From the IMG/VR virus record IMGVR_UViG_3300020463_000007, positions 1 through 64,000 of that record: 64,000 nucleotides of DNA; one strand, given 5' to 3'. Under the pieces are notes generated by a model. It ran no database searches. It saw only the letters and a list, made by a program, of their open reading frames with translations, and had not been told where the DNA came from. Below, piece after piece: positions 47,442-58,316 of this stretch (position 1 is the stretch's first letter; every line of letters begins with the position of its first letter). The position numbers and the translations under genes were made by a program. The stretch comes from a virus.

Positions 47442-48042
47442 GTGGTCATCAGACATTCCTACGTTAATAAGTAATTCTGAAAAGAATGCTAAAATTGTAA
47501 TTGGTCTTGATAGAGATGGTGTAATAAATGTAGACTTAGGAACCTATGTAACTAAGCCAGAAGACTTTCAGCCTATTAGTGGTAGCTTAGAAGCTGTTGC
47601 TACCATTAAAAAATTAGGCTTTCAAATTGTTATAATAACTAATCAAGGCGGCATACAAAAAGGTTTAATGACACAAGCAGACGTTGATAGAGTACATGAT
47701 CGTATGTTTAAATTACTAGGTGAAGCTGGTTGTGCCTTTATTGAAGCCTTATATTATAGTGAATCAAGTAGAAAAGATGATATGTATGCTAAACCTAACA
47801 CAGGAATGTTTAAGCGTTGTGAAAAAGAACATCCTGAAATAAAATTTGCTGGAGGATATTATGTTGGAGATAAAATTTCCGATTTAAAAGCCGCAATGAA
47901 AATAGGTGCAAAACCAATATTAGTCCGTACCGGATATGGTAAAGAAACAGAACAACTTTTAAATAGATTTACTTACAAAAAAATAAAAGCTAGAACAAAA
48001 GTTTATGATGATTTAAAAAGTTTTGTTGATACTTTAGATTAA
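47392..48042 (+). CDS. gmhB: D,D-heptose-1,7-bisphosphate phosphatase
   Basis: HAD motifs LDRDGVIN, ITNQGG, KPNTGM, VGDKISD and VRTGYG. Confidence 0.9.
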   Translation: MNEQQIPVTETPQPIIRWSSDIPTLISNSEKNAKIVIGLDRDGVINVDLGTYVTKPEDFQPISGSLEAVATIKKLGFQIVIITNQGGIQKGLMTQADVDRVHDRMFKLLGEAGCAFIEALYYSESSRKDDMYAKPNTGMFKRCEKEHPEIKFAGGYYVGDKISDLKAAMKIGAKPILVRTGYGKETEQLLNRFTYKKIKARTKVYDDLKSFVDTLD

Positions 48043-51000
48043 GCCTGAGCTTCACCCCATTTAAGCAAAATATTAGCATTTGTATCTGTACCTGCAATCT
48101 TATAAATGTTAATTGCTAACACGTCAGGACCATTTGGAAATGTTCCTCTACCGCCTAGTGGTGTATTTGTAATCTCTTTCAAATCTTTTAGATCTAGTGT
48201 TGAACGTTCTCCTGGAACAGCAATAAATGAAAATACTGTTTCTCCTGGAAGTGCAAACGGTGGTTGTTCAAAAGTAAATTCAACTGTGCCTGAACCATTT
48301 GCAAGTGTTCCTGTAAAAGCATTGTTAAAAATAACTTCGTAGTAAGTAGTACCTCCCCATGTTTTGAGTGACACACTTGATACCAGTGAACCAGCTGGCC
48401 AAGTTACACTTCCGCCCGTAGCTGAAGTACCGTTAGCGGCTCCTGCATTTACCCAAGAAGTTTGATCAAACAATGCTTTGTTTGAATTTGTTTGTGCATT
48501 GTTTAGTGTGATTGTAAAGTAATCTGTTTGATTTTGAGAAATATTACCACCACTTACACGCTGACTTATGTAAAAGTATCCATATGTTCCTGTAGGACTA
48601 ATGTATCCACCGTTAATAACTGTACCAGCAGGTATATGTGTGCCTGAAATATTTCTTCCCAAAACATGATCTAAACTGTTATCTCCAAAAGTAGTTCTAT
48701 AATCCGCGGCACCTATATAGATATATCTGCTATTATTATATCCTATATATTGTCCTGAATTAATTGCCGCTGTTGTAGTTGCAAGAGCAGTTGCACTTGC
48801 TGTAGTAGATGATACACCAGTACTCCAGTTAACAGAAGTACCAGACGCAACCTGAGCAAAACTAGGTTGACCTCCTTGTGCAAGTCCTGCTAGTCCGTTC
48901 CAACCAACATCAACTGGGTTAATTGGGTAGTTCTGCGGATTAATCACACCTTCAACAATAATACCTTTACCGTCACCTGCTTCTGAAGTTACCTCAATAC
49001 CATTAAGCAACAACTGGGCTCTATTTAATAGTTCACGTTCACCTAAGTCACCAATAATAGCGTTAGACACACTAGGTGCCAATCGTAATAAGAAAGCTGT
49101 CTGTTTAGTTGTACTAACTGTAATATTTGTTTCTGGATAGGAGAAAATATATCCTCTATCTTCGTCAAACCCACCGTCTGTAATAAATGCAGAACCCCAG
49201 TGACTAATTAAAGGAGTAATTGTGTTTGAAATAAGCACAACGCCTGTGTTAGTAACATGGCTAGTTGCTGTGCCTGCAGAATATGTTCTTTGTGCTCCTG
49301 CTTGGAAATTAGCAAAGGTTGTACCCCTTACACAGTTTTGTAAATTATTTCCGCTTACACCGTCATATTGTATTATTTCATTATTAATATAAATTGTTCC
49401 ACTTTTTGGAAAGAAACTTGCATCTTTTAACGGAATAGTTGTTACTACAGCATCAATAGCTGCACTTAACTGTCCTGGAGGCCCTTCGTTAGTAACCTCA
49501 TATCTAACAGGCAAGTTACCTGATCTCATAAACGCTTCTGTGTTGATATTTGAATTACGCATTCTATGACAGTATACAAAGTTACCATCTGCTCCACGTA
49601 CCATGTAATCTATAAAACCAGCACCATACCAACTGTATTGAATTCCAATCATCTGCATTTTTGCAGGATCCATATTGTATTTTGATTTACCTGTGCCGTC
49701 TAATTTATCAATATTAAAATCTTGTTGTTTTACTTTTCTATCTGTGACGTACATCATTTTAGCACCAGTTATATCATTTACACCCCTAAAGTCTGGAGTG
49801 ACTGTACAGTTAGTGTCATCTGTTACATTTGTAACCACATGAGTCATTCCTTTGATAATAACTCTATCACCTGCTTTTAATTGTTTTGTAAATTTAGTGT
49901 TTGTTCCTGTAATAAGGTTAGCATCTGCTAACATTGCAACAGTACCAGCTAATTGAAATGTACCTGTACGTTGTACAACATTAATATTAACGCCATCATA
50001 CTCCCAGAAAATTCCGTTTTGATCATCAAACACTCCTGCTCTAACAGTAGCACCGTGCCATGTTACAACACTCATTTGTGCGTTAAATCCTAGGTCAGGA
50101 GTAGTGCTTCCTAGTCTACGTTTAGCTCTAACTTTAAATGTTCTTTCATCTGTGACTGTTACAACCTCATAATCTTCGTAAGGTTGATAATCGTTTCCAT
50201 GTCCTGGACCACTGTTATATCCTTCAGTCTCTATACCAAGTAATCTAATAATACCACCTATCTGTACTCCATGATCGTGGTCATCTGTTACTACAGTAAT
50301 TAAAGAATTTATCTCTACTCCGTCTGCTGTAACACTTTGTAAGTCATAACTTGGTGCAAACAATGCACCTGTGGTATACATAATACCTTTACCTGATTGA
50401 TATCTAATATATTTTTTACTTTGACGTATTGCTTGTGCGCCATGCTGTGGACCTCCTGTACCTAACTGCACTCCTCCATCAAATGGTCTGTGAATAAAGA
50501 AGCTGTCTGGTTTAGGATAAACAATAGCAATAATATCACTTGAACTTGTATCAATTGTTCCTGCCGCCCTAGCCTGATATCTAATTTTATCTACAGCTGG
50601 AATATTTGTTGCAATAAAAGTACCGTCAGCTAAGTTATGATTGTTTGAACCATCATCTGACTGTGTGGTTACAATAAAACTACTGCCAGGTACTAATCCG
50701 TGTGCATTTGGAAAGTCTATCTCTAGTGTTGCTAACGCTTCGAAACTGATGCTTGAACTAGCTGCAATTTGTGCAGACGTTTGTTCTGTCATACTAAATG
50801 TACATAATAAATTTAAAATATCTGCTTGTGCAGGCTGTCCTGATACAACATCAAAACTAGAAAAATTTCCGTTTGTTGAAACTAATGTAAGATCATTTGC
50901 AGGAGTTACACCGCCTAGTAAGTTACCAGGAACAACAACTTTATCTCCTGTAACATAATTTGAACCATTATTAAAACTTATGCTTTCGTATATTCCTGTT

Positions 51001-54000
51001 GAGTCTTGTGATGTTCTTGTCACATTAAACAATGCACTATTACCGCTTGGTGATCTATTACTAGCTCCTACAGAAGTTGCACTAAATGCACCTTGTGATG
51101 CAGTACCTGATATACTTACAGAAGTTACTTCACCTCTTGCGGTTGAATCATCTGATACAACACCAGTTACTGTAATTGTTAAATCATTAGCAGGTGATAA
51201 ACCTGACAAGTCTGTGCCTAAAATTGTAAATGTCTGATTTAATCCATAATTAGAACCGCCATCACCTGGACTATCAAAGTCAATACTGTAAGTGCCTCCG
51301 GTTGAAGTTATATCTGCAATAAAGCCCGACCCTATCAATTTCGTTCCTGATTGACTAGTAAATTGTGCAGAATTAGCTGCGGTGCCAGATGGTGAAAATG
51401 ATGTTATTGCACCAGTACCAGGTTGCACACCGAGGATTTTAACTACACAATCATTAGCTGGGGTACTACCTCCTAGAATATTTCCTGGTACTGTAATTGT
51501 TTCGCCTGGTTGAAAACTATCGCCACCAACTAAATTTACCAAACCGTATGTGGTTCCATTAGTTCTAATTGTGAAACTTGCATTTTGTCCTACACCATTA
51601 CTAATTGTAAATACCTGAAAGGTTAAATTGGCTGCTCCGCCACCGCCTAAATCACTGTCTTGAACAGTAATTGTATCAAAACCCACGTTTGCCGATCCTA
51701 GTGTTTTTATAGTTGGTGAACCAACAATAGCACCAGCAGCATTAATAGTAATATCAAATGTTCCTACAACAGCTGATCCATTACTCGACGTACCACTTAT
51801 GTCAGTATATGTACCTGCTGTTCTTAACGGATCAGCTGCTGAATAATTGTAAAAAGATAAATGTCCTCCTGGTGGAGAAATAATCATTTCAGTGCTGTCG
51901 TCTGTGATGTTGAAGTCATTAATTGCATCAGGTGCAGTACCTGTTTGAGTAGTACCTGTTATTCCACCAGTACCATTTACACTAGAAACTGTTATTACAA
52001 GGTCATGTGTACCATCAACTCCATTTGTTCCAAATGTCGAACCTAGGATAATTATTCTGTCATTTACTATATAATCAGCACCAGGTGCTGTAATTGTTAC
52101 TGCTTGGAATGTATTGTTAGTAAAGTCAACAGTAAATGTTGCTCCGCCGCCTGCTCCGCCATTAGTTGTTGGTGTTAATCCATTGAATGTTGCATCACCA
52201 TCGAAAGGCGTACCTGACACTATAGATAAAGATGTAACTCCTCCTACAGCATCAACACTTTGTACTTTTAAAATTAAATCGTTAGCAGGACTCGAACCAC
52301 TTAGATTATTACCTACAATCTTAACAACATCATCTTTCTCATAATTTTGTCCCGGAGTTGTAATAGATCCTACGCTATATGCTGTACCATTAGAACTTAT
52401 TTCAACTTGTAAATTTGCTCCTGATGGAGTATAGTTATTTGCTTGTACTCCGCTATATGCTGCAGTATTTGCTGTTAAAGGCGCTGTCAACGCACTTGAT
52501 AACGTAATAACATTTGTACCTTGGTCAACTGTTTCAACATAAGTTGCAATACCATCACCTCTATCAAATGCCAAGTTTGGTACTACACCAGTTGCGTCTA
52601 TTAGTGTTATAGATTGTGCACCTATTATAGTATCTAAAGCGATATCTGGAGTTAAAAAAGAACCTCCACCAGCTGAATTATCAATTACTGCTGTTGTCTG
52701 TGAACCTACTGGTATAGAAGCATTTACCAAAGGAGCACCAATTGTTGGTGATGTGCCATCATATGGTATACGTGTTTCACCCGATGGTACTATAACTTCT
52801 GCTGTTAATGTTCCAGATGCGCCTTGTGATACGACTGTGAATCCTTGAATAGCAACTGCGGCTTGTGGGCTACCTATTGCTGCACCTGTATAAAAACCTG
52901 CTTTTCTTAATTGGGTATAATTTGTATAAAGAACTTGCCCGTTTGTACTTCCTACTTTTGCTTTAGCAAAATATGTAAAAGTAGTTGTAGTTGGTACTTG
53001 GTATATAATAAATGAACCTTCAGCTCTGGCAGCTCCTGCAATAGAGTTTTCTAGTGCCTTAATAGTTATAGGATCGCCTTCAATAAAACCGTGTGGAGAA
53101 ACTGTTGTAACTGTTATTAAACTTTGACCTACACCCGAAGTCCCTGCACTAGCATCTGTTACGACTGATTGTACATCTGTTGTTGTACCAGGAACTTCAT
53201 ATATACTAGGATAACCTCTGAGTGTGCCTATAGCTGACCATTTAGTTGGTTGTAAGCCATATTCAAAGTCAGCATCAAGCATAGCCAGTGGTGATGCATG
53301 ACGCATACGTTCAATAGCATCCGTACCAAAGTCATATGGTCTAACAGCAAGTTCTGGAGATTCCTTAAATATTTGTAAATCATCATTTGCAGTATGTGCT
53401 GACGTGTCTTTGTTAAGTATTAATGTTGATACAGCATCTGTAATTTGTAAAAATTTTGGAAAATCTGTATCTGCCGAATATTGGTCTTGTGTAATTAAAC
53501 CGCCAAGTTCGTTGTTAGAAAAATTAAATATAACTTCATTTGTAGTAGAATTTGTAATTAATAATAAATCTTGTAGCTCGCATCTACCTTGAAATTTAAT
53601 TGTACCTGCACCGGTAGGAACATGCGTAGGTAACGCAGATAAGCCTGTAGTAATTACATTTATAATTATGTTAGATAATTCTGTTATGCGAGCAGTAACT
53701 CCTGATTCAGTTGTTTTACTGTTATCAATAACTTGGCTCACTGCACTTAAACTTGTATGAGCAGAATTTGTTAAAATAAAATTGTTAATTATATTTCTTA
53801 CTTCTGTATGATAATTAATTTCTGCTTGTCTCGTACCTGAGATTTGTGCAGTGGCTCCGTCCCAAAAGAATCTTGCGTTTTTGCTTGTTTCTTGGTTTCC
53901 GCCATATCTTAAATCATGTATATATGCATCTATAATAAGTCCTACATCTTTTTGTGTTTTTGTAATATCAAAAGTATAGCCTGAAAACCCAGTAGCGCCA

Positions 54001-54149
54001 GCATTTACTTGGGCTGTTATGTATGCAGTAGCTTCTGCCTGTAGGTATGCTTTGTTGCTGTTTAGTAAACTATGTCCATTAGGATACAGATTTGCAGTCC
54101 TACTCATGCCTGGTTTAAAAACGTAATCTTTTATCTGTGTCTTTGCCAT
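48039..54149 (-). CDS. Very large Ser/Thr/Gly-rich virion (tail fibre/baseplate) protein with internal repeats
   Basis: 2036 aa; about six GxxLxGxxPANDxxxxV-type repeats; tail-module context. Confidence 0.75.
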   Translation of the reverse strand: MAKTQIKDYVFKPGMSRTANLYPNGHSLLNSNKAYLQAEATAYITAQVNAGATGFSGYTFDITKTQKDVGLIIDAYIHDLRYGGNQETSKNARFFWDGATAQISGTRQAEINYHTEVRNIINNFILTNSAHTSLSAVSQVIDNSKTTESGVTARITELSNIIINVITTGLSALPTHVPTGAGTIKFQGRCELQDLLLITNSTTNEVIFNFSNNELGGLITQDQYSADTDFPKFLQITDAVSTLILNKDTSAHTANDDLQIFKESPELAVRPYDFGTDAIERMRHASPLAMLDADFEYGLQPTKWSAIGTLRGYPSIYEVPGTTTDVQSVVTDASAGTSGVGQSLITVTTVSPHGFIEGDPITIKALENSIAGAARAEGSFIIYQVPTTTTFTYFAKAKVGSTNGQVLYTNYTQLRKAGFYTGAAIGSPQAAVAIQGFTVVSQGASGTLTAEVIVPSGETRIPYDGTSPTIGAPLVNASIPVGSQTTAVIDNSAGGGSFLTPDIALDTIIGAQSITLIDATGVVPNLAFDRGDGIATYVETVDQGTNVITLSSALTAPLTANTAAYSGVQANNYTPSGANLQVEISSNGTAYSVGSITTPGQNYEKDDVVKIVGNNLSGSSPANDLILKVQSVDAVGGVTSLSIVSGTPFDGDATFNGLTPTTNGGAGGGATFTVDFTNNTFQAVTITAPGADYIVNDRIIILGSTFGTNGVDGTHDLVITVSSVNGTGGITGTTQTGTAPDAINDFNITDDSTEMIISPPGGHLSFYNYSAADPLRTAGTYTDISGTSSNGSAVVGTFDITINAAGAIVGSPTIKTLGSANVGFDTITVQDSDLGGGGAANLTFQVFTISNGVGQNASFTIRTNGTTYGLVNLVGGDSFQPGETITVPGNILGGSTPANDCVVKILGVQPGTGAITSFSPSGTAANSAQFTSQSGTKLIGSGFIADITSTGGTYSIDFDSPGDGGSNYGLNQTFTILGTDLSGLSPANDLTITVTGVVSDDSTARGEVTSVSISGTASQGAFSATSVGASNRSPSGNSALFNVTRTSQDSTGIYESISFNNGSNYVTGDKVVVPGNLLGGVTPANDLTLVSTNGNFSSFDVVSGQPAQADILNLLCTFSMTEQTSAQIAASSSISFEALATLEIDFPNAHGLVPGSSFIVTTQSDDGSNNHNLADGTFIATNIPAVDKIRYQARAAGTIDTSSSDIIAIVYPKPDSFFIHRPFDGGVQLGTGGPQHGAQAIRQSKKYIRYQSGKGIMYTTGALFAPSYDLQSVTADGVEINSLITVVTDDHDHGVQIGGIIRLLGIETEGYNSGPGHGNDYQPYEDYEVVTVTDERTFKVRAKRRLGSTTPDLGFNAQMSVVTWHGATVRAGVFDDQNGIFWEYDGVNINVVQRTGTFQLAGTVAMLADANLITGTNTKFTKQLKAGDRVIIKGMTHVVTNVTDDTNCTVTPDFRGVNDITGAKMMYVTDRKVKQQDFNIDKLDGTGKSKYNMDPAKMQMIGIQYSWYGAGFIDYMVRGADGNFVYCHRMRNSNINTEAFMRSGNLPVRYEVTNEGPPGQLSAAIDAVVTTIPLKDASFFPKSGTIYINNEIIQYDGVSGNNLQNCVRGTTFANFQAGAQRTYSAGTATSHVTNTGVVLISNTITPLISHWGSAFITDGGFDEDRGYIFSYPETNITVSTTKQTAFLLRLAPSVSNAIIGDLGERELLNRAQLLLNGIEVTSEAGDGKGIIVEGVINPQNYPINPVDVGWNGLAGLAQGGQPSFAQVASGTSVNWSTGVSSTTASATALATTTAAINSGQYIGYNNSRYIYIGAADYRTTFGDNSLDHVLGRNISGTHIPAGTVINGGYISPTGTYGYFYISQRVSGGNISQNQTDYFTITLNNAQTNSNKALFDQTSWVNAGAANGTSATGGSVTWPAGSLVSSVSLKTWGGTTYYEVIFNNAFTGTLANGSGTVEFTFEQPPFALPGETVFSFIAVPGERSTLDLKDLKEITNTPLGGRGTFPNGPDVLAINIYKIAGTDTNANILLKWGEAQA

Positions 54150-54152
54150 CTG

Positions 54153-55001
54153 TTATGTCCCAAGTGCTATAGCTAAAGCTGATACTGTTTCATCTACATA
54201 TTTTTTGTTGGTAGCTGATGTAGCAGTTGTTGGTGAGTTTGCTACTGTAGCTGATGTAAAAGCCGCTGTTGACGGTGTAGTTGCTCCTATAGTTGTGTTG
54301 TTTATTGTAGTATTATTTATTGGTCCTACTATATTTCCTGTTGTAGCATCTACCAACAAAGTAGTATCATTTGCATATACTGATCCTGTAAGATCACCAG
54401 TGATACCACCTAAGGCGTTAATAGTACCTCCAAAATTAGATTGTAATCCTACACCTAGGCCTCCGGCAACTGTTAATGCTCCAGTGTTTGCTGAATTGCT
54501 ATTATTTGTACTTTTGACAGCCACAGTTGTAAATGATCCAATTGCATCTCCTACACTAATTGTGCCTGTAATAGATCCTGATAAATTTCTATATGTAATA
54601 TTGTCTGGTGCTGTGGAACTAACTGCAAAAACTAATCTGCCTGAAGTTTTACCTAATGCAGTTGATCCTATTCCACCATCTGAATGTGTAAGTCCTGTGT
54701 GGTATTGATCCGTACCATTGTAAAAATAAAGCCCATTTGTTAAAGAAGATAAGTCAATTATATACGACTCTCCCCTAAACATTGTAATATTTGCACTCTC
54801 GCCACCGGGTGTCCAAATATATGCTGTATTTGATCCGTTTTCTGTGATTGTAAAATTTGCTGGAGTAGCTAGATCGAAAGTTTCTGATCCTTGTGTTTCT
54901 ACAAGCGATCTAGCAGTAATATTACCTAGAGCGTCAACAGTAAATCCAGTACTTTTAAATCCGTATGCTGATTCTAACGCTTTATTTGTAACTGTTGGCA
55001 T
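54153..55001 (-). CDS. Tail-fibre-like structural protein
   Basis: TGALTVAGGLGV, GSVYANDTTLLVD, TIGATTP and ATNKKYVD fibre motifs; late motif at 55029-55036. Confidence 0.7.
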   Translation of the reverse strand: MPTVTNKALESAYGFKSTGFTVDALGNITARSLVETQGSETFDLATPANFTITENGSNTAYIWTPGGESANITMFRGESYIIDLSSLTNGLYFYNGTDQYHTGLTHSDGGIGSTALGKTSGRLVFAVSSTAPDNITYRNLSGSITGTISVGDAIGSFTTVAVKSTNNSNSANTGALTVAGGLGVGLQSNFGGTINALGGITGDLTGSVYANDTTLLVDATTGNIVGPINNTTINNTTIGATTPSTAAFTSATVANSPTTATSATNKKYVDETVSALAIALGT

Positions 55002-55048
55002 ATTTCAATAATCCTTTTGGCTTTAACATATTTATCCATAACCTAATG

Positions 55049-55444
55049 TTAGATAACTTGAGGATTTTGATTCTGATAATACTGAGCAGTATAAATTATT
55101 TTAGATCCTTCTTTTGATGTGGTAGGATTCACTATTATATCTACATAACTTTGGTTAACTGTAGCTGAAACATCTATTAAATTTGTGCCTAGGTTGTTTC
55201 TAGCATATACTATTACACTTGCTTCGTCTAAACTAGCAGTTACTAATACCTTAATTATTTCTTTGTTATCTTTGTCATAATCAGCTGATATAGTATATTC
55301 TGCACTTGAAAAGTCAGATACATGGAATCTATCAATTAAAGTATCTGTATATGCTTGTTTCCAAGGACCGTTATAAGACACGGAGCCTGTAAGTAACACA
55401 CTATCCTTTAATCCTTTGCTGAAAAATTTATCCAATTTAAACAT
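55049..55444 (-). CDS. Small beta-rich virion protein
   Basis: IDRF...FSSAEYTI pattern; AATAAATA upstream. Confidence 0.55.
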   Translation of the reverse strand: MFKLDKFFSKGLKDSVLLTGSVSYNGPWKQAYTDTLIDRFHVSDFSSAEYTISADYDKDNKEIIKVLVTASLDEASVIVYARNNLGTNLIDVSATVNQSYVDIIVNPTTSKEGSKIIYTAQYYQNQNPQVI

Positions 55445-55454
55445 TATACAATAT

Positions 55455-57287
55455 TTATTCGTTTTCTATTTTAAATAAATGATTGTATTCTGGTAGATAT
55501 AAGTATTCAATTTTACTATCTTTTAAGGTCCTTAAAGCATCATCTAGTGTTTCGACCAAAGGTTCACCTCCTAGATTAAAGCTAGTATTGAAAATTATAG
55601 GACAACCTGTTTTTTCTTTAAATGTTTTGATTAGATCATAATAATGTTTGTTTTGTTTTTCGTTCACTGTTTGTATTCTGCATGTTCCATCAACATGTAT
55701 AATAGCAGGAATTTTTTCTTCAACTCCTGGCTGACAGTTAACAGCATACATCATTGTAGGAGAACTTTCCATACCTCTCAAATCAAACCATTCATGCACA
55801 TCTTCTTCTAAGATAGTTCCTGCAAAAGGTCTGAAGTATTCTCTGCGTTTTACTTCATTTACATGATCTTTGCCTTTAGGATCTGTTGGATCATACAGTA
55901 ATGATCTATTACCTAAAGCTCTTGGACCATTTTCGCTTCTACCTTGGAATATTGCAACAATATTTTTATCTGTAATCAAATCAACTACATCTGCGTGTGT
56001 AACATTTTCTTTTACTTCTGCTTGATATGTTTTACCAATCGACTTTAATTGTTGTAATGTAAAATCGTAAGCTGGTCCTAAATAAAGATTATCGCCTGCC
56101 CTATCTTTGTCTTTTTGATAATAATACACGTTCTGTGTAAGTTCGTGATATAAAATTAAGGCTGCTCCCATAGCTGTACCAGCATCATTGCTAACAGGTT
56201 CGACATAAATGTTTAAATCTAAATCTTCTAGGTCTTTTAAGTAATGATAATTTGCAACACAATTTAAACCATAACCTCCACTTACTACAACATTTTTATT
56301 TCCTGATAGCTCAACTGCTTTTCTTATTAAATTACTAGCCTGTTGTTGTGTTTCTATTTGGCAAGCATAAGCAAGATCTCTTCTATTCTTTAAAATTGTT
56401 AAATCTACTTCGTCACCTTCTGGAGTTCCATTATCAACTGAGTCTGCACTCAGTTCATTGTAAAATTTATCATTTACTAATGCCGCATTAGGATATGTAG
56501 GAATTATTAAGTTTCTATTTGACAAGGGAACTTTGCCTTGGTCATCAAACAGAGTAGGAATATTATTGTTAGGCTTGCCGTATGGGAATAGTCCCATAGT
56601 TTTTCCTGCTTCAATTGCTGTAAAGCCACAATACTGTGTAACTGCTTCATAAACTTTTACAATACCAGCTCTATCACTGATTGTAATATCAAATTCAGTT
56701 TTATCAGCGTTTTGTGCTTTTACATAGTCTACTACGTTGGGACCTCTTGTGCCTACGTGCTTTTGTATTGTACCGAAATCAGCAGGATAATTACAATTAA
56801 AAATAGTTTCTGTTTCAAATCCAAAAGTTTGCTCTCTGCTAATTTCCATAGGAATAAAAGTTCCAGCGCCATCAATTACCACTGCTACTGCATCTGTAAA
56901 CCCGCTACGGTAAAATGCACAACCTGCGTGTAACTTATGATGTTCCATTGCAACATCTATTACTTGTGGATGAGGTTGCTTTCTGGCATGTCTATCAATA
57001 AGTCCAAGTTTTCTACATAATCCTGTGTATGCATCGTCCATAGAAAATTCTAAGGTTGGTCCTGTTTGATCTAAAGGTTGGGTATGAGCAACTACTAAGT
57101 AATCAAGTTTATCTGTGTAATCTAAAATTTTTACTATGGAAGCTAGAGGCCCGCCATCATATTTTGATCTGCTTAATCTTTCCTCTTCTATAGAAAATAC
57201 CACTTCTCCGTCTTTTAATAAACAAACACCTGCATTGTGTCCTCTTGCAATACCTGCAATCCATTTTGAATTATTTTTGTTGCTCAT
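55455..57287 (-). CDS. Carbamoyltransferase (NodU/CmcH/TobZ family), full length
   Basis: EEERLSR.K, HHKLHA, DGAG, GKTMGL, SGGYGLNC..N, NDAG, GPRALGNRS, RPFA, HVDGTCRIQTV and NTSFN motifs. Confidence 0.95.
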   Translation of the reverse strand: MSNKNNSKWIAGIARGHNAGVCLLKDGEVVFSIEEERLSRSKYDGGPLASIVKILDYTDKLDYLVVAHTQPLDQTGPTLEFSMDDAYTGLCRKLGLIDRHARKQPHPQVIDVAMEHHKLHAGCAFYRSGFTDAVAVVIDGAGTFIPMEISREQTFGFETETIFNCNYPADFGTIQKHVGTRGPNVVDYVKAQNADKTEFDITISDRAGIVKVYEAVTQYCGFTAIEAGKTMGLFPYGKPNNNIPTLFDDQGKVPLSNRNLIIPTYPNAALVNDKFYNELSADSVDNGTPEGDEVDLTILKNRRDLAYACQIETQQQASNLIRKAVELSGNKNVVVSGGYGLNCVANYHYLKDLEDLDLNIYVEPVSNDAGTAMGAALILYHELTQNVYYYQKDKDRAGDNLYLGPAYDFTLQQLKSIGKTYQAEVKENVTHADVVDLITDKNIVAIFQGRSENGPRALGNRSLLYDPTDPKGKDHVNEVKRREYFRPFAGTILEEDVHEWFDLRGMESSPTMMYAVNCQPGVEEKIPAIIHVDGTCRIQTVNEKQNKHYYDLIKTFKEKTGCPIIFNTSFNLGGEPLVETLDDALRTLKDSKIEYLYLPEYNHLFKIENE

Positions 57288-58230
57288 CGTCTTCCTTCGG
57301 TTCTGGTTTACCTAAAACTCTATCAATAATATAGTTATGAATGTCTGAAGTCATTGTCATTAAATGTTCGTTGTGTCTTGATGTAGTTTCATCAGGCATG
57401 ATTCTGATTGGGTCATATACCCTTTCTTTCATTCCTAAATCAATAATGTTAAAGTAATCACAATCTGGATAAGATACGTTGATTGGATATGTTGGTCCAA
57501 GTACTACAGTTGACGGAGTGTCTACCATGTAAGATAAATGTTGTCCTACACTATCACAGCCTACAAAGTGATTTGCAAATTTAATAGCCGCTGTCCAATT
57601 TCTCAATGCAACTTGTTCTGGCATTGCTACATCATCAGTAAACTTATCTTTACTAAAGTCAAATCCCATTTCAGCCATTGTTACAACAGCAAAATCATTT
57701 TCTTGCAGTTTTCTAATTAATGCCTTAAGATCTTTAAATTCTATACTTCTGCCGGTGTTATCTACAAACGAACCATCTACATGTTGAATTGCTCTACCAA
57801 AAGGTTGTATTATTACTACTTTATCTTTTTTTAATTTTTCTTTGACTTGATTTATAATTTGTCTACCGGTTAGTATTTCTTCTTTAGAAAGAAACATTCT
57901 TGGTTTGTCTAGTTTTCTTAAACCTTTATTGTTTATTGCAATGTCATATCCTTGAGCAAGACTTGCTTGTTGATTGTAATATTCCCATATTCTATATGGT
58001 TCTGGAGATACAATATCTCTATCTTTTAATTTTTCTTGAAATAAATTTTTATGCCAATTATCATATGCACGATGGTCAAGATCTGGATGTCCTTTAAATG
58101 CATCTGTGCCGCCTTCGCATACAATAACAAAATCGTCATCATCTGATTCTTTTGCGTATAATTCGAAAGCCGGTATTGAACTTACTACTCTACCGTAGCC
58201 ACCGTTCACAAAAAAAGCCTTTGATCTCAT
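57271..58230 (-). CDS. GT9 (heptosyltransferase)-like glycosyltransferase
   Basis: N-terminal GGYG; FVGCDSVGQHLSYMVDTPSTVVLGPT matches the GT9 motif DSGxxHLAxAxxxPxVxLxGPT. Confidence 0.7.
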   Translation of the reverse strand: MRSKAFFVNGGYGRVVSSIPAFELYAKESDDDDFVIVCEGGTDAFKGHPDLDHRAYDNWHKNLFQEKLKDRDIVSPEPYRIWEYYNQQASLAQGYDIAINNKGLRKLDKPRMFLSKEEILTGRQIINQVKEKLKKDKVVIIQPFGRAIQHVDGSFVDNTGRSIEFKDLKALIRKLQENDFAVVTMAEMGFDFSKDKFTDDVAMPEQVALRNWTAAIKFANHFVGCDSVGQHLSYMVDTPSTVVLGPTYPINVSYPDCDYFNIIDLGMKERVYDPIRIMPDETTSRHNEHLMTMTSDIHNYIIDRVLGKPEPKEDDEQQK

Positions 58231-58316
58231 CTATAATTCCTTTTTAGGTTTGTAGTAAACATTGTACTACTACTTATAGGTTGAGACCAAAGGCTGTACT
58301 TAATTATGGTTTAGAT

